Shown here: piece by piece, positions 60,459 to 64,000 of the stretch
Numbering within the stretch: the first letter of the stretch is position 1
How the letters are laid out: every line of letters begins with the position of its first letter
Origin: Batkoa obscura
Taxonomy: Eukaryota
DNA: 64,000 bases
Direction: 5' to 3'
Assembly: GCA_030770535.1 (NCBI GenBank)
Contig: JASVEC010000013.1
Coordinates: 1 to 64,000 of the forward strand
Program-made: the position numbers and the translations under genes
Notes under the pieces: generated by a model
Seen by the model: only the letters and a program-made list of their open reading frames with translations
Database searches by the model: none
Told to the model about the DNA's origin: nothing

Positions 60459-61006
60459 TTGAAATTAGCTGACGTTTAAGTATACGTTAGTTACAAAACT
60501 GTAAAAGTTGAGTTTTATTTAATTAAGTTTAGATACGATATAAAAAAATATAGCTAATAAATTATATCAGTTTTTAATTACTTTAAATAAAAATTAATAG
60601 TACAAAAATTAACTCTTTTATAAACTTAAGATTTGAATTTAATGTATTTCTAATCTAAAATAAAATTAAACTAGAAAATACTCAGCAAATAAAAATCAAA
60701 AAATAGATTAAGGTATTCAATACTCTAAAATTAGTAAAAGTTAGCAGTAGGTTTTATTTGAAATAAGAGCTATTAAAGCAGTAATAAGTAGAATAAAATA
60801 TGCTATAGTTAGAGTTTTACGAAGCATGTTTATCATTCACGAATATGGTATATTGAAAAGTATAATAAATTGATAATTAATATCTTTTAATTTTCATTGT
60901 TTAACATTGAGGCATTTTGTAATAAATTATTAATGCTTGTCTCAGTACACCTATTAGATATAACAGATGCAATAAATAATAAAGAAGTAGCAAGCTGACG
61001 CTCAAT

Positions 61007-62062
61007 TTACTCACCTGTGTCAGGTTCAAGAGCGAAGCGACTACATTTAGAAACTTCAAAGTTTAGGAATAAATATAGAAAACATAAAAAAGTATTAATT
61101 GTATTATCAAAATATCTGATAATAATATTCTTTATATGATTGCATTGGCATGAATTGATCTTATATTCATTAACCTGACTTTGATTTAATAATTCTTTTG
61201 ATAACCCTTGGATGTAAATTTCTTTTAATATTGACAATCTTAAATCAGAGTTGAATAAAGAATCTGGTTGGAAATATTCTAAACTTTGAATATTAGTACC
61301 TTCGATTAATTTTATCTTTTTGTTATCAAAAAAATCCTCAGATTTATCTATTAATTGAATACTTTTTAATTTCATCAAGTCTCCAAAATAATCAATATTA
61401 AAGTAATCATTTAAATCTCCTTTGATTGATAACTCTAAATTAGAATTAAAATTTAGACTAGAATTCAAATCACTAGTTGTAAAGATACTTGAAGTTGAAG
61501 TCAAACGTAATATTTTTAACTTATTAAACTTTATTTTAATAACATCTATTTCATTAATATATAATGAAGAATTGGAAACTAATTTGAGTGATTTTAATCT
61601 ACTTGGACTTAGATATTGAATAACTTCTTCAATATTTATGCGACTAGCCTTAAATTCAAATGATTCAAGTTGATTTAAATAGTCTTCAAATTGTTTTAGT
61701 AGTTATCTATGATTTATAGAATTGAAGACTGTTTTCTTTGACTTTGGTAAATTAATCTTGATATCTTTCTTATTATAATTATAATAATCATAACTACTAT
61801 AATTTATAGATATAATATTTGGACAATAATTTATCAATTGAATTTCGTTTTCATATATAAATGTTTCATCAAAGCCCCATTTTCTTTGATAAACTTTTTT
61901 TGATATTTACTAAACCTAGATTCGCTATAGCGTGAATAAGTTAAGTTTCGTTAAATAACTCTATTTACTTAAAAAACATAACTTTATTAACTCAAGTGAA
62001 TCTACATATTGGAATATCTCTTCCAATAAAATATCGGACGATTGATTAAATTTGATTGACAT
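61007..62062 (-). pseudogene. F-box/LRR-like pseudogene
   Basis: ATG at 62062 gives MSIKFNQSSDILLEEIFQYVDSLELIKLCFLSK* (F-box-like). Downstream segments FIKENGALMKHL / LINYCPNIISI / RLKSLKL lie in shifting frames with internal stops and run into ORF 61007-61504. Confidence 0.65.
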
Positions 62063-62633
62063 TTTAAATTATAAACGATATAAATGATAGATTGCATAAA
62101 GCTATAGTTAAAATTTAAGTTTCTGTAGGTTCAAAGTTCAAGAAATTAAAAACTGTATTTTTTTATGAAAATTTGAAGTGAACTGAACATGACTATGAAT
62201 TTTATTGGCTACTAAACTGAGCTTATCCCTTATATTATTCAATTTGCGTAATTAGTAGTTGTTTTTACTTTATTTACTTATAATAAACCATCCCAATACA
62301 AATAATATTCATTAGAAAAATAAATACCTATCTTAATATTTAGCTCAATGACTGGTGCTATTCATTTTAATTACAATCTATAACGTCATCATTCAATACT
62401 TACACTCTAATATCTTATATAAAATCTATATCGTGATTTTTAGCATTCATCATAAACCAATTCGCTTTTTAAAAATAATCTAGCTTTTATTCAAGCTATA
62501 ATATAATCCAATACTAAAGGTTTTCATAATATAGAACAAATAATACTGTAATAATTAAGCATTCAAACATACAAAAATAAATAAAAAAATAGAAAGATAC
62601 AATGTATCCACATTTAATGCAGACCACTGAAGG

Positions 62634-63020
62634 TTAAGCGTAATTACAGAAGACACTACCTTGAGCCTGTTGTTAACAACGAGTTCCTGGTCTATATGGA
62701 CGAAGGATATAATTTCGTTGATCACAAGTGTAAAACCTGCCAGTATAGTTATCACAAAACATAGCACCTTCACGACAGTCTCTAGCATAGTTTCCCGAAT
62801 TATCCCACCAACTCTTTCGTGGATCCTTTAACACTTTGATTCCTAAATTCTTTGTTACACTTCTTGTCCACTCAGGCTTTACTCTCCCACTATCGTGCTT
62901 AACAGGGCCATGGTTACACACAGGTTCAACTTCATACTGACTACAGTATTTCTCAATGGATCTACGAAGCCCAAAGGTAGGAGCAACGGTAATAAGTAAA
63001 AGAATAAGAGTAAACTTCAT
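62634..63020 (-). pseudogene. Small secreted Cys-rich protein with CBM19-like C-terminal module, interrupted by TAA (62673-62675)
   Basis: Signal peptide MKFTLILLLITVAPTFG; CREGAMFC..FYTC..RPYRPGTRC* continues in frame as QQAQGSVFCNYA*. Confidence 0.6.
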
Positions 63021-63351
63021 TTTGTTTATCAAATTTTAACAACAATAATAATCGCTTTTCTTCTTCTTTATATATTGTGGTTATATCTCACTTATAGCTA
63101 TTATTTTGTATAGTATAGAGTAAATTTTAAGATTTGATTTCATTTCCCTTTCTTAAGAATCTAATTTTTTAAATTATTATAATATATTTTTGTATATGCT
63201 ACATTAAATTATGGTTTATAGGTGGAAAATAATGATCTTACTATGGTCATTATAAAATTTTGGTTTTTTTAAAATAGCGCTGTTAATTTGAGCTCCTGAG
63301 GCATTTATATAACATCAGGCCATTTCTACTTACTTTACAAATTATACAAAT

Positions 63352-63447
63352 GGGGATATATTTTTTTGTTCAAGAATTTACTAACAATCTTCCCGCTCAA
63401 ATAGCGCTTAAAAATGGAAAAAGTGATGAAACTAAAAAAACAGTCCC
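63352..63447 (+). mobile_element. MITE family A copy with AAAT TSD
   Basis: AAAT-GGGG...TCCC-AAAT. Confidence 0.88.
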
Positions 63448-64000
63448 AAATAAAACTTTTAAGGTTTAAATGTGAGTATAAAGCTTAATAAAAGAATTAA
63501 GACAAGTTGCACTATTGTATAGTTACTTTAATTATTTATAGGTTGACAGACAGAGTGATTGAAAAAATAGATACAGGTACATGAACTGTACATCTATTTA
63601 TATCTTTTATTATATATGCTTTATTCTATATGCCTACCCTTTTAAAGGCAACTTACAAATATACTATTTTAAGAAATTTACAGTTTTAAGTGAATTTATG
63701 TAGGAAATAATATAATGCAGATCCAAGAGGAGGTTAAAAATTTTAAATAATAAGATATAAAAAAACCGAGATTCAATATATAATTTTTTTTCCACAGGTA
63801 TAATTTATAGATCTTAATTGATATACATACCAAGTATTATATTAACTGAAAGGCTTGCCACTAAGATATAGTTGAGTACAAATATGAAACAACTATGTTG
63901 CGTTACATTTTGTAAAATAATTTTTGGCAAAAATCATAACACTTTAAACTATATCTCAACAATAAATAATTCAATAAATATTAAAATTAGTCTATATACT

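Noticed and set aside
29338..62675. Alternative genetic code as an explanation for the in-frame stops
   Set aside because: TAA, TAG and TGA all terminate ordinary genes here, and long ORFs are otherwise free of internal stops
53118..62788. Short ORFs 53118(-), 57781(+), 59536(+), 60271(+), 61422(+), 62555(-)
   Set aside because: Overlap better-supported genes on the opposite strand or in another frame

Overview
Left end of a very AT-rich fungal chromosome. Short 45-60 nt GT-AG introns and the gene families suggest an early-diverging lineage, plausibly Entomophthoromycotina (Conidiobolus-like); this is inference. About 792 bp of (CCCTAA)n telomere joins directly to the first base of a solo-LTR-like element (TGTGAAA...TTTCACA). 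Housekeeping genes follow within 3-13 kb: a small C2 protein, ALG13, TRL1, a PILS/ECM3-like transporter, NDUFA11, ATG5 and a YDJ1-like DnaJ. Next is a block of two M28 aminopeptidases and three AVT1-like amino-acid transporters, one with an in-frame TAG, around a Fic1/Inn1-like C2 protein. At 31-32 kb two inverted LTR copies have reciprocally swapped 4-bp target duplications and a 281-bp identical tract, the footprint of an LTR-mediated inversion with gene conversion. A ~98-bp MITE with 4-bp AWWT TSDs (Sola-like) occurs in 16 copies, one nested in another. The right half has a Ser/Thr-repeat secreted protein, a DFG-less kinase, a GT25-like protein, phytochelatin synthase, MIC60, four intronless ~600-aa paralogs resembling the fungal TF middle-homology region without a Zn cluster, and two probable pseudogenes (F-box, CBM19-like). 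All calls were made by eye; no database searches were run.
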